A DNA stretch of 56,193 nucleotides from Ignavibacteriales bacterium (GCA_037441705.1 JBBIRR010000027.1:1-56193), one strand, 5' to 3'; numbered from the stretch's first letter, positions 8,778 through 18,223 are shown. The notes: a model not told the origin generated them from the sequence alone. Program-made: numbers and translations.

Positions 8778-8792
8778 TGGCACACACTTTGG
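8778..8792 (+). promoter_or_regulatory. Sigma54 promoter TGGCACACACTTTGG for the second hydrogenase operon
   Basis: TGGCAC-N5-TTG(G). Offset from the UAS is the same as at 5186 (64 vs 63 bp). Confidence 0.72.
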
Positions 8793-8905
8793 GTCTGTGT
8801 TCGAGCAAGAGTTGAAGCATTCATCAGCAATGCACTCACGCAGTCCGCACGAGAGTTGGTTGCTCTCGCTGTGATGTTCACCTCTCATCAATTCAGGAGG
8901 TTCTC

Positions 8906-10027
8906 ATGAAAGACACACCGCTCACCATGTGGGAGTATGCTCAACTGCAAGGCTACTCCCGCAGGGATTTTCTCCGCTTCTGCGGCTGGATTGCCGCGGC
9001 TGCCGGAATCGAGGCAAGCGGCGTCGGTCAGGTCGTGAAGGCCATGGAGACGAAGCCGCGCTTGCCCGTCGTCTGGTTCCACTTCCAGGAATGTACCTGT
9101 TGCAGCGAGTCGTTCATCCGATCGTCGCATCCGATCGTGTCCGATATTGTGCTCGACAAGATCTCGCTCGATTACACCGAGACGCTTCAGGCCGCCGCAG
9201 GATTCCAGGCCGAGGAGGCGCTCCACAACACGATGAAGAAGTACAAGGGCGAATACCTCATGCTCGTTGAAGGTTCTGTACCCACGGAAGCAGACGGGGT
9301 GTATTGTTGCATCGGCGGTCGCACGGCGCTGGATATTGTGAAGGAGGCTGCCGAGGGCGCCAAAGCTATCATCGCATGGGGCAGCTGCGCTTCCAACGGT
9401 TGCGTGCAATCGGCCAAGCCGAACCCGACCGGCGCCACGCCCGTGCATGAGATCATCAGCGGCAAGACCGTCATTCGCGTTCCCGGCTGTCCGCCCATTG
9501 CCGAAGTGATGGCGGGCGTGGTCGTGCATCTGCTCGCCTTCGACCGCGTTCCGCAGCTCGACGGCATGAACCGACCCCGCGCCTTCTATGCGAAGCGCGT
9601 GCACGACTCGTGCTACCGCCGTCCGTACTATGACGCCGGTTTGTTCGTCGAATCCTTTGATGATGAGAATGCACGCAAAGGGTACTGCCTCTACAACGTT
9701 GGCTGCCGCGGACCGGTTACTTACAACGCCTGCGGCATCACGAAGTGGAACAACGGAGTGAGCTATCCCATCCAGTCGGGTCATCCTTGCATTGGATGCA
9801 GCGAGGAAGGGTTCTGGGATCGTGGGCCGTTCTACCAGCATCTGGCTTCGTTCCCCGGATTCGGCATCGAAACCACCTCCGACAAGATCGGGATGACGGT
9901 GGGAGCGATTACGCTGGGCGGCATCGCCGCGCATGCCATCACCACCAATATTCGCAAGCGGAAACTCATCTCTGAAGAGATCAAGAACAGTGAGAATACC
10001 TCCACGCAAGAGAAAGGAGGCAAGTAA
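8906..10027 (+). CDS. hyaA: O2-tolerant membrane-bound [NiFe] hydrogenase small subunit (group 1d)
   Basis: SRRDFL Tat motif. ECTCCSES and WGSCASNGCVQ carry both supernumerary Cys of the [4Fe-3S] proximal cluster. SYPIQSGHPCIGC medial [3Fe-4S] motif; C-terminal TM helix with His. Confidence 0.95.
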   Translation: MKDTPLTMWEYAQLQGYSRRDFLRFCGWIAAAAGIEASGVGQVVKAMETKPRLPVVWFHFQECTCCSESFIRSSHPIVSDIVLDKISLDYTETLQAAAGFQAEEALHNTMKKYKGEYLMLVEGSVPTEADGVYCCIGGRTALDIVKEAAEGAKAIIAWGSCASNGCVQSAKPNPTGATPVHEIISGKTVIRVPGCPPIAEVMAGVVVHLLAFDRVPQLDGMNRPRAFYAKRVHDSCYRRPYYDAGLFVESFDDENARKGYCLYNVGCRGPVTYNACGITKWNNGVSYPIQSGHPCIGCSEEGFWDRGPFYQHLASFPGFGIETTSDKIGMTVGAITLGGIAAHAITTNIRKRKLISEEIKNSENTSTQEKGGK

Positions 10028-11742
10028 TGGCACGCATCGTTGTTGACCCGATTACCCGCATCGAAGGCCATCTCCGCATCGAAGCGGAGGTGAAGGACGG
10101 CAAGATCGTTGATGCCTACTCCGCCGGCACGATGGTGCGCGGACTCGAAATCATCCTCAAGGGCCGCGACCCGCGCGACGCCTGGGCGTTTGTCGAACGC
10201 GCCTGCGGCGTGTGCACCACGGTGCATGCGCTTGCCTCGGTGCGATGTGTGGAGAATGCGCTCGGCGTGACGGTTCCGCCCAACGCCGAGATGATCCGCA
10301 ACCTGATGTTTTGCGCGCAATATCTTCAGGATCACGTTGTTCATTTCTATCACCTGCATGCCCTCGACTGGGTGGATGTGGTGAGCGCGTTGAAAGCCGA
10401 TCCCAAGAAAACGGCGGACATTGCGCACAGCATCTCCAACTGGCCCAAGAGTTCGCCGAAGTATTTTGCCGATGTGCAGAAACGCATCACGGCCTTCGTG
10501 CAAAGCGGGCAGTTAGGCATCTTTGCGAACGGCTACTGGGGGCACGCCGCGTACAAACTGCCGGCGGAAGTGAATCTCCTCGGCGTCGCTCACTATCTCG
10601 AAGCGCTCGAGTGGCAGAAGGAGATCGTCAAAGTGCACACCATCTTCGGCGGCAAGAATCCCCATCCCAATTATCTCGTCGGCGGAGCCGCCAGCGCTAT
10701 CAACATCGATGACTCCAACGCGCTGAACGCGGAGCGATTGGCCTACGTCGGCAAGCTCTTCGATGATGCGCTGCAGTTCGTCGAACAGGTCTACATCCCC
10801 GACCTGATTGCCGTTGCCGGATTCTACAAGGATTGGGCAGCCGTCGGCGGCGGTCTGACGAACTACCTCTCGTATGGAGACCTGCCCGTCAACGGCTACA
10901 ACGACCCCGGCTCGTTCAAGTTTCCGCGGGGCGTCGTCCTCAATCGCGATCTGTCGCGTGTGCATCCCGTTGACCCCAAGAGTGCAGATGAGATTCAAGA
11001 ATTCATCGCCCACTCGTGGTATGACTACTCGGGCGGGAACGAGGTTGGGCTCCATCCGTGGCAGGGGGAGACGAAGTTCAACTACACCGGACCGAAACCC
11101 CCGTATGAGCATTTGAATGTGGAAGGAAAATACAGCTGGCTGAAGACGCCGCGCTGGAAAGGCCAACCGATGGAGGTCGGTCCGCTTGCGCGCCTGGTGG
11201 TGGCGTACGCGTCGGGCAGCAAAGAAGTGCAAGAGGTCGTCGGGTGGGCGCTGAAGGCGCTGGATGTTCCGGTTGCTGCGTTGTTCTCGACGCTCGGAAG
11301 AACGGCGGCGCGTGGACTCGAAACGCTGCTCATCGCGCGCTGGGCAAAAGAGTTCTACCAGCAACTTCTCACCAACATCAAGAACGGCGATACGCGTACG
11401 TTCAACACCACGAAGTGGGATCCCGAAACCTGGCCGGCAGAAGCAAAAGGCTTCGGTCTCACGGAAGCGCCGCGCGGCGCGCTTGCGCATTGGATCGTCA
11501 TCAAAGACCGCAAGATTGATAACTACCAGCTCGTTGTGCCGAGCACATGGAACGCTTCGCCGCGCGACGCAAAAGGGCAGAGGTCGGCCTACGAAGCGTC
11601 ACTGATCGGCACACCGGTGAAGAATCCCGATCAACCGTTGGAGATTCTTCGCACGATTCACTCCTTCGATCCGTGCATCGCGTGCGCCGTGCATCTGTAC
11701 GATGAGAAGGGGCGCTACGTTCACCAGATTGATGTGTGGTAG
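10027..11742 (+). CDS. hyaB: Membrane-bound [NiFe] hydrogenase large subunit (group 1d)
   Basis: DPITRIEGH, RACGVCTTVH, HFYHLHALDWVD, GGKNPHPN, FDPCIACAVH. Confidence 0.96.
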   Translation: MARIVVDPITRIEGHLRIEAEVKDGKIVDAYSAGTMVRGLEIILKGRDPRDAWAFVERACGVCTTVHALASVRCVENALGVTVPPNAEMIRNLMFCAQYLQDHVVHFYHLHALDWVDVVSALKADPKKTADIAHSISNWPKSSPKYFADVQKRITAFVQSGQLGIFANGYWGHAAYKLPAEVNLLGVAHYLEALEWQKEIVKVHTIFGGKNPHPNYLVGGAASAINIDDSNALNAERLAYVGKLFDDALQFVEQVYIPDLIAVAGFYKDWAAVGGGLTNYLSYGDLPVNGYNDPGSFKFPRGVVLNRDLSRVHPVDPKSADEIQEFIAHSWYDYSGGNEVGLHPWQGETKFNYTGPKPPYEHLNVEGKYSWLKTPRWKGQPMEVGPLARLVVAYASGSKEVQEVVGWALKALDVPVAALFSTLGRTAARGLETLLIARWAKEFYQQLLTNIKNGDTRTFNTTKWDPETWPAEAKGFGLTEAPRGALAHWIVIKDRKIDNYQLVVPSTWNASPRDAKGQRSAYEASLIGTPVKNPDQPLEILRTIHSFDPCIACAVHLYDEKGRYVHQIDVW

Positions 11743-11751
11743 GAGGGCGCC

Positions 11752-12432
11752 ATGGAACCGAGAGACCGCATTCATGTGTACGTGTGGGAGTGGCCCGTAC
11801 GCTTGTTTCACTGGGTCAACTTCGTCTGCATTCTTGTTCTGGCCGTTACAGGGTACCTCATCGGCAATCCGGTGACGATTCAGAGTGCCGCCGAAGCGTC
11901 CTTCCAGTACTGGTACGGCACAACGCGCTTCCTGCATTTCACATTTGCTTACATCTGGGTGGCAATCGCCCTCACGCGCGTCTACTGGGGGTTTGTGGGG
12001 AACGAATTTGTTCGGTTCAAGAATTTTCTGCCGCTGCGCAAAGCGCAATGGGAGGAAATCAACGCCGTCTTCCGCATGGATATCTTTCAGGTGTGGAAGG
12101 GCGCAACGTTCTCGACCGGACACAACGCACTCTCCGGACTCGCCTACACCATCGGGTTCGTCGCGTTTGTATTTCAGGTGGTGACCGGGTTCGGACTGTA
12201 CAGTGCCATGACGACGAATTGGTTTCCGCAACTGTTCGCGTGGGTCATACCGTTGTTCGGTGGAGATCATATGGTGCGCATCTGGCACCACCTGTCCCTC
12301 TGGTTTTTTCTCATGTTCATGATGATCCATGTCTATCTTGCCGCCTACCACGATTACATCGAAGCGACCGGCACAATCTCCTCGATGGTAGGCGGATGGA
12401 AATTCGTTCGGCGCAAGAAAGTTCTCACATGA
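11752..12432 (+). CDS. hyaC: Ni/Fe-hydrogenase b-type cytochrome subunit
   Basis: VYVWEWPVRLFHW, RFLHF, GHNAL, RIWHH and IHVY heme ligands; four TM helices. Confidence 0.94.
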   Translation: MEPRDRIHVYVWEWPVRLFHWVNFVCILVLAVTGYLIGNPVTIQSAAEASFQYWYGTTRFLHFTFAYIWVAIALTRVYWGFVGNEFVRFKNFLPLRKAQWEEINAVFRMDIFQVWKGATFSTGHNALSGLAYTIGFVAFVFQVVTGFGLYSAMTTNWFPQLFAWVIPLFGGDHMVRIWHHLSLWFFLMFMMIHVYLAAYHDYIEATGTISSMVGGWKFVRRKKVLT

Positions 12433-12836
12433 GGTTCTGGAGTGCGACGTTCCTTGCCTTTGCACTCGCGTACACCATCGGCGGGTGCAAAGGCAGGACG
12501 AAGGAGGGCAGACTGGAGCCGACGCTGCATAGCATTCAGGAGCGTGTCTTCGACGTCAGTTGCGTCCGCTCCGCGTGCCATGATGCATACACGCCGGAAT
12601 CACAGCTCGTCCTGACTCCGGGGAGGTCGCACTCCGAATTAGTGAGCAAGCCCAGTGCGGTTATGCGGAAACGCCTGCGCGTGGTTCCCTTTCGCTCCGA
12701 TGAAAGTTACTTGATCGACAAGCTCACCGGCACGCGCATCGTTGGCGAGCGCATGCCCATCGGCCGCCCCAAACTTCCCGACTCCACCATCGCCGTCATC
12801 CGGCAATGGATTGACAGGGGCGCCCTCAACAACTGA
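12429..12836 (+). CDS. Lipoprotein c-type cytochrome (planctomycete-cytochrome-like fold) with CX4CH motif
   Basis: ATGA overlap with the hyaC stop, lipobox TIGGC, SCVRSACH, and S.L..KL.G....G.RMP.G...L....I..IR.WI..GA. Confidence 0.7.
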   Translation: MRFWSATFLAFALAYTIGGCKGRTKEGRLEPTLHSIQERVFDVSCVRSACHDAYTPESQLVLTPGRSHSELVSKPSAVMRKRLRVVPFRSDESYLIDKLTGTRIVGERMPIGRPKLPDSTIAVIRQWIDRGALNN

Positions 12837-12861
12837 ACCTTGATGCCTTGTCAGTTTCCTT

Positions 12862-12895
12862 CATCGGGCGGAAGAAGCCCCCTTCCCGCCCGATG
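12862..12895 (+). terminator. GC-rich hairpin closing the hydrogenase operon
   Basis: 10-bp stem CATCGGGCGG/CCGCCCGATG; no clear U-tract. Confidence 0.45.
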
Positions 12896-12970
12896 CATAG
12901 ATTTCGTCGCGCGGGCTGCAAGAGTTCCTGACCACCCTGTTGCGGATGCAACCTCGGCAAAAGAAATCCA

Positions 12971-13001
12971 TTGCGAGCTATCCCCCTTTTTCCTATATTT
13001 G
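12971..13001 (+). promoter_or_regulatory. Housekeeping promoter of rpmB
   Basis: TTGCGA-17-TATATT. TATATTTG also matches the Bacteroidota TAnnTTTG element. Confidence 0.6.
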
Positions 13002-13032
13002 TTCTGCAATTTTTCAAGATCAGGGAAAGGCA

Positions 13033-13224
13033 ATGGCACGAGTTTGTGATATTTGCGGAAAGAGACCCGTCAGCGGCAACAACATCAGTCACGCGCACAA
13101 TCGAACGCGCAGGCGCTGGCTGCCGAATCTCCAAGCAGTGCGGGCGAAGGTGGAAGGACGCACCAAGCGTATGCATGTCTGTGCCCAGTGCTTGAAAAGC
13201 AATCGCGTGCTGAAGGCCGCCTGA
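13033..13224 (+). CDS. rpmB: 50S ribosomal protein L28 (Zn-ribbon C+ form)
   Basis: [10 protein letters not shown]...[20 protein letters not shown]...VCAQCLKS. Confidence 0.97.
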   Translation: MARVCDICGKRPVSGNNISHAHNRTRRRWLPNLQAVRAKVEGRTKRMHVCAQCLKSNRVLKAA

Positions 13225-13252
13225 GCGAATACGGAGAATCGAACTTCACCAG

Positions 13253-13283
13253 AAGCCATCATCATCCTGCTGATGGCTTTTTT
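13253..13283 (+). terminator. Rho-independent terminator after rpmB
   Basis: AAGCCATCA/TGATGGCTT stem followed by a T-run. Confidence 0.78.
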
Positions 13284-13312
13284 CATCCCTCAGAGTTTCG
13301 GGCGGCCCTGGT

Positions 13313-13936
13313 ATGCGCAAGGTTGCTATAGAACTAAATCTCCCCAACCAGCTCACGCTCCTGCGCGTCGCGTTGACGCCGGTGTTCGTTGTTCTCATTC
13401 TCTCCGAATCAACACTTGCAAAACAGATCTCGCTTGTGGTCTTCATTGTCGCAGCGCTCACCGATTGGTACGACGGCTGGGCGGCACGGAAGTTCGGTCA
13501 TATCTCGCGCTGGGGGAAATTCCTCGACCCGCTCGCCGACAAGATTCTCACCTCGGTGGCGTTTCTCGTCTATGTGTATTTGGGTTTGATCGATGCGTGG
13601 ATGGCGTGGGTGGTGATAATCCGGGATTTTCTCATCACCGGCTTGCGCAGCTACGCAGAGTACAGAGATCAACCCATTGTTACCTCAAAAACTGCTCAGG
13701 CGAAAACGTTCGGGCAGTTTGTCGTGATCTACTATATTCTTATCCTGTACGTTGCGCGGCACATCCCGGCTCTGTCTTCACAGATCTCTGCTGAGATTGA
13801 TACACTGATGCATCCACAGGTGCTTTTCGGTATGATGCTGCTGGTGACGCTATCAACTGTCGGCACGGGCATCGCGTACCTCTTCGACAACAGAAAAGTT
13901 CTGAAAGAGCTGTATCATGAGCTTCAACGGCGATAG
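13313..13936 (+). CDS. pgsA: CDP-diacylglycerol--glycerol-3-phosphate 3-phosphatidyltransferase
   Basis: NLPNQLTLLR and the CDP-alcohol motif TDWYDGWAARK...GKFLDPLADK. Confidence 0.93.
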   Translation: MRKVAIELNLPNQLTLLRVALTPVFVVLILSESTLAKQISLVVFIVAALTDWYDGWAARKFGHISRWGKFLDPLADKILTSVAFLVYVYLGLIDAWMAWVVIIRDFLITGLRSYAEYRDQPIVTSKTAQAKTFGQFVVIYYILILYVARHIPALSSQISAEIDTLMHPQVLFGMMLLVTLSTVGTGIAYLFDNRKVLKELYHELQRR

Positions 13937-14510
13937 GCCTGAAGCATCCGAAGAGCACCAGCGTCCCTCCGTCGTTGTGCGTCTGGTTGCGACAGGATTT
14001 TTTTCCGGGTACTCCCCGTGGGCATCGGGAACGGTCGGTACGCTTGTCGGGGCTTTGTTTTTCTTTATCCCGCACTTCTCACATCCACTTGTCCTTGGGC
14101 CGGCAATCGGTCTTGCTTTGGTGGCCGGTGCATTGACGGCCGGGAAAATGGCGGCGGTCGAAGGACATCGGCTCACCAGGTCGGCACAAAAGACAAAGGA
14201 ATTGTTTCAGCCCGGTGGTCACGCAGCTCCCGATCCCTCGATCGTCGTTATTGATGAGATTGTTGGATTCTGGATTTCGATGTTCGCACTCTATCCGACG
14301 TTCAGGCATCCTCCTCTTATCGCCGTGATTGTGGCGTTTGCGGCATTTCGCGCGTTCGACATTGTCAAGCCCTATCCTGCCCAAGAAGTGGAACGATTCG
14401 CAGCAGGGTGGGGAATCATGCTCGATGATGTTGTAGCGGGCATCTATGCGAACATCACAACGCGCCTTCTGCTTGCATTGCTTGTGTCTCTCTTTCCTGC
14501 GCTCTTCTGA
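13917..14510 (+). CDS. pgpA: Phosphatidylglycerophosphatase A
   Basis: GYSPWASGTVGT, DPSIVVIDEIVG, FRAFDIVKP, GIMLDDVVAG. Confidence 0.93.
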   Translation: MSFNGDRPEASEEHQRPSVVVRLVATGFFSGYSPWASGTVGTLVGALFFFIPHFSHPLVLGPAIGLALVAGALTAGKMAAVEGHRLTRSAQKTKELFQPGGHAAPDPSIVVIDEIVGFWISMFALYPTFRHPPLIAVIVAFAAFRAFDIVKPYPAQEVERFAAGWGIMLDDVVAGIYANITTRLLLALLVSLFPALF

Positions 14511-15752
14511 ATGCGTGCCGAGATCATCACCATCGGCGATGAGCTGCTCATCGGTCAGATTGTAAATACGAACCAGGCCTTCATTGCTGAACAGCTGAAC
14601 GGCATCGGCATCGCCGTGGAGCGCATGACGACCGTCGGCGATGATCGGCAGGCAATTCTGCGCGCCTTTGATGACGCATGGAAACGCTGCGCCATCGTGA
14701 TCGTGACGGGCGGGCTTGGCCCGACACACGATGACATCACCAAGAAAGCCGTGTGCGAGTTTTTCGATACCGATTTGGTTCCCAACGAGGAGCTGCGCGC
14801 ACACGTGAGTGCCTTGGCAAAGAAGTGGAATCGCCCGTGGTCTGCATCGTACGAGGACCAGGTGATGTTCCCGCGCAAGGCAACGCTTCTGCCCAACCCG
14901 ATCGGAACTGCGGGGGGCATGCTCTTCGAACAGGAGGGGAAGTACTTCATCGTCCTGCCGGGAGTCCCATACGAAATGACGGAGATGATGGAGAAGTCCG
15001 TCATACCGTTTCTCTCGTCGAAGGTTGGCGGCTCGGCCATTCGCCATCGCACGCTGCGCACGACGGGGATTTCGGAGAGCATGCTGGCCAGCCAGCTTGG
15101 CGACATCCAGGAGTTGCTGCAAGGCGCGAAGCTGGCATTCCTTCCGTCGCCGACGGGCGTTCGCCTTCGCATCACGGTACACGGCCACGATGCTGCTGCC
15201 GCCGAGACATTAGTTCGTGAAGTGGAAGAACGCATCCGCGCAAAGGTGCAGAAGTACATCTACGGCACGAACGATGAGGAATTGGAAGAGGTGGTCGGAC
15301 GATTGCTGGTCGAACGTCGCCTCACGATCTCTGTTGCCGAGTCGTGCACGGGCGGCTTGATTGCCGACAAGATCACGAACGTTAGCGGCAGTTCTGCGTA
15401 CTTCGAGCGCGGTGTGATCGCGTACAGCAATCAATCAAAAATAGATCTCCTGGGGGTGCCGGAAGAACTCCTTCGTGCCCACGGAGCCGTAAGCAAGGAA
15501 GTGGCGGAAGCAATGGCCGAGGGGATTCGTCGTGCGGCGCGCACCGATATCGGCCTTTCCACAACAGGCATTGCCGGGCCGACGGGGGGAACGGCGGAAA
15601 AACCTGTGGGACTTGTCTGGATTGGCTACTCGGATGCTGCGACGACGTTTGCACTTCGATTTCAGTTTGGCGATCTGCGGCGGCGGGTGAAGGAACGCGC
15701 AGCGCAGGCTGCACTGGAAATTGTGCGGCGCAGACTTTTGCATATTGAATAA
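14511..15752 (+). CDS. cinA: Competence/damage-inducible protein CinA (MCD plus NMN deamidase PncC)
   Basis: IGDELLIG, TGGLGPTHDD, LPGVPYEM, AESCTGG, TGIAGP. Confidence 0.95.
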   Translation: MRAEIITIGDELLIGQIVNTNQAFIAEQLNGIGIAVERMTTVGDDRQAILRAFDDAWKRCAIVIVTGGLGPTHDDITKKAVCEFFDTDLVPNEELRAHVSALAKKWNRPWSASYEDQVMFPRKATLLPNPIGTAGGMLFEQEGKYFIVLPGVPYEMTEMMEKSVIPFLSSKVGGSAIRHRTLRTTGISESMLASQLGDIQELLQGAKLAFLPSPTGVRLRITVHGHDAAAAETLVREVEERIRAKVQKYIYGTNDEELEEVVGRLLVERRLTISVAESCTGGLIADKITNVSGSSAYFERGVIAYSNQSKIDLLGVPEELLRAHGAVSKEVAEAMAEGIRRAARTDIGLSTTGIAGPTGGTAEKPVGLVWIGYSDAATTFALRFQFGDLRRRVKERAAQAALEIVRRRLLHIE

Positions 15753-15765
15753 GAAGGAAACCACT

Positions 15766-16374
15766 GTGCCCCGCCTCTTCGTTGCCGTGGAAACACCGCA
15801 GGAGATTCGAACAGCGATCGCCCGCGTGATCGAGGGACTGAAGGGGTCGGGCGCGGAGGTTCGCTGGGAAGAGCCTGAGAAGCTTCACATCACGCTGAAG
15901 TTTCTGGGCAACACGGAGGAAGAGCGCGTGCCTCGCATCATCGCCGCGCTCGAAGACGTTGCGCAGAAGGTAGAGCCGTTCGACATTCAGTACGCTTCAC
16001 TCGGAACGTTTCCGCCGAAGGGCCAGCCAAGAGTTCTGTGGGTTGGCGTCAGACAAGGAGAGCAATCGCTCAAGATGCTCGCAGCGGCGGTGGAAACTGC
16101 GATGGGCGAGTTGGGCTTCGAGCCTGAAGAGCGGGCGTTCCATCCGCATGTGACGATCGGGCGCGTGAAAGGCGGACGCAACATGCATGACTTGCTTCGC
16201 AGAATGGAATCCATTACTTTTGAAAGCCAGCCAACACACGTGACGCACATTTCCCTCGTCAAAAGCGAGTTGAGACCGAGCGGCTCGGTATATACAACCG
16301 TAAGAGCATGTCCTTTCCACACCGGAGGAACAGCCACGCAGGAAGGTCGGCGTCTGAGCGATACGGTACGATGA
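15766..16374 (+). CDS. thpR: RNA 2',3'-cyclic phosphodiesterase (2H family)
   Basis: RLFVAV and two HxT motifs (LHITLKFLG, PHVTIGR). GTG start after AAGGA. Confidence 0.92.
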   Translation: MPRLFVAVETPQEIRTAIARVIEGLKGSGAEVRWEEPEKLHITLKFLGNTEEERVPRIIAALEDVAQKVEPFDIQYASLGTFPPKGQPRVLWVGVRQGEQSLKMLAAAVETAMGELGFEPEERAFHPHVTIGRVKGGRNMHDLLRRMESITFESQPTHVTHISLVKSELRPSGSVYTTVRACPFHTGGTATQEGRRLSDTVR

Positions 16375-16443
16375 TAATCCGATTCTCGATCAAAGAATTC
16401 TCAGTGCAACACCAATCCCATTTCAGTAAAAGGAGGACTCCCC

Positions 16444-17580
16444 ATGCCGGACGATAGAGAACAACGCTTGCAATCGCTGAAGATTGCCATTGACCAGATT
16501 GAGAAGCAGCACGGGAAAGGCTCCGTCATGCGTCTGGGGGAAGGGCCGATCCAACAGGTAGACGTTATCTCGACGGGTTCCATTTCCCTCGATGCGGCAC
16601 TCGGCATCGGCGGCGTTCCGCGCGGCAGGGTCATTGAAATCTTCGGGCCGGAGTCATCGGGCAAGACTACGCTCTGCCTTCACATCGTAGCCGAAGCACA
16701 GCGAAACGGCGGCATTTGCGCGTTCATCGACGCCGAACACGCGCTGGACCTGAACTACGCGAAGAAGTTAGGCGTGGATGTGAACAACCTTCTGCTCTCT
16801 CAGCCGGAGTACGGCGAGCAGGCGCTGGAAATCACCGAAACTCTTGTTCGCAGCGGTGCGTTAGACGTCATCATTATTGATTCGGTTGCTGCACTGACGC
16901 CGCGAGCGGAGATCGAAGGAGAGATGGGCGACCCGAGTATGGGGGTGCAAGCGCGCCTGATGTCCCAGGCGCTGCGGAAGCTGACGTCCGCAATCAGCAA
17001 ATCAAAGACGTGTGTCATCTTCACGAACCAGCTGCGCATGAAGATCGGCGTGATGTTCGGGAATCCCGAGACAACGACGGGCGGCAACGCGCTGAAGTTC
17101 TATGCCTCCGTGCGCCTTGATGTTCGCCGCATCGAAGCGATCAAGGACGGGACAAACGTGATCGGCAACCGGACTCGCGTGAAGGTTGTCAAGAACAAGG
17201 TCGCGCCGCCGTTCCGCGAAGCAACGTTCGACATCTTATACAATGAGGGTATCTCCAAGCTCGGCGATTTGATTGACACGGCTGTCGAGCACAACGTCAT
17301 CGCAAAATCCGGCTCCTGGTTTTCCTACAAGGAAGAACGAATTGGCCAGGGCCGGGATTCGGTGAAAAAGTACCTGCAGGAAAACCCGACGATTGCACGC
17401 GAAATCGAAACCGAGATGAGGAAGAAACTGGGTCTCGCGGGCACGAACGGTGCACAGGCGAACGGAAACTCGCAGAAGCCCTCACCGGAAAAGAGCGCTG
17501 CAGTCCCCGCGGTCAATCGGAGCGCGCCGGCAGTGGGAAGCAGTACGAAAATGCCTCCCACATCACCCAAGAAAGTATAG
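16444..17580 (+). CDS. recA: Recombinase RecA
   Basis: [52 protein letters not shown]. Confidence 0.99.
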   Translation: MPDDREQRLQSLKIAIDQIEKQHGKGSVMRLGEGPIQQVDVISTGSISLDAALGIGGVPRGRVIEIFGPESSGKTTLCLHIVAEAQRNGGICAFIDAEHALDLNYAKKLGVDVNNLLLSQPEYGEQALEITETLVRSGALDVIIIDSVAALTPRAEIEGEMGDPSMGVQARLMSQALRKLTSAISKSKTCVIFTNQLRMKIGVMFGNPETTTGGNALKFYASVRLDVRRIEAIKDGTNVIGNRTRVKVVKNKVAPPFREATFDILYNEGISKLGDLIDTAVEHNVIAKSGSWFSYKEERIGQGRDSVKKYLQENPTIAREIETEMRKKLGLAGTNGAQANGNSQKPSPEKSAAVPAVNRSAPAVGSSTKMPPTSPKKV

Positions 17581-17590
17581 AGCTTATACG

Positions 17591-18217
17591 ATGATCGGGA
17601 CGGACTCACTCACATTTCAAGAGTATGTCATGCGCGAGCCTTTGCCGCTTGCAACGATTTATCAGACGATTCTCGACTTTCTCCGAAGCCGCAATGATGT
17701 TGTTCTCTTTCGTCCGCAAGCGGTAAACGCCTATGTAGCAGAACCTCGAATGATGCAAGATGTTGATATCCTCTCCAATCGAGCAAAGGAACTGGCGGAA
17801 GAACTTGCAAACTTCTTGCATGAAAGGTTTCGCATCGCAGTACGAGTGAGAGAGCTGCAGGAAAGCCGCGGTTTCAGAATCTACCATATCCGTAAAGAGG
17901 GTAACCGACATCTGGCGGATATTCGACAAGTCAATGAAATGCCGGCTGTCAAGCTCATCGAAGACGTGCGTGTCATTGCTCCGGAAGAACTAATCTCGTA
18001 CAAAGTCATATCCTATCATCAACGGCGGGGCAAACCGAAGTCTGGTAAAGACTGGCGTGACCTGGCAGTCTTACTTCTTACGTTTCCCAATCTCAAGACA
18101 TATGATGGTCCAGTTCTCGAGAGCCTCAAAAACGCAGGGGCGACGGAGGAAGTCGTTGCCACGTGGTGTGAACTTGTTAGGCAGGAGATACGGGCGGAAG
18201 ACGAGGAAGATTTCTGA
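17591..18217 (+). CDS. Putative nucleotidyltransferase-fold protein (AbiEii/AbiGii-like), possibly degenerate
   Basis: VLFRPQAVNAY...PRMMQDVDIL has the G-x...R.T.D.D layout of pol-beta NTases, plus a C-terminal K...R.K.K..KD..DL helix. More AT-rich codons than the flanks. Confidence 0.6.
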   Translation: MIGTDSLTFQEYVMREPLPLATIYQTILDFLRSRNDVVLFRPQAVNAYVAEPRMMQDVDILSNRAKELAEELANFLHERFRIAVRVRELQESRGFRIYHIRKEGNRHLADIRQVNEMPAVKLIEDVRVIAPEELISYKVISYHQRRGKPKSGKDWRDLAVLLLTFPNLKTYDGPVLESLKNAGATEEVVATWCELVRQEIRAEDEEDF

Positions 18218-18223
18218 ATACCG

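Noticed and set aside
8888-11490. Long antisense ORFs (8888..10033, 10513..11490; similarly 14079..15188, 18277..19305, 45550..46545)
   Set aside because: Mirror frames of well-supported high-GC genes, with no recognisable motifs.
11736-12428. N-terminal 231 aa of the listed 366-aa ORF 11736..12836
   Set aside because: Shadow frame over hyaC. The real gene starts at ATG 12429 with a lipoprotein signal.
16375-16443. LexA/SOS box upstream of recA
   Set aside because: No convincing palindrome seen; recA appears to be transcribed within the cinA operon.
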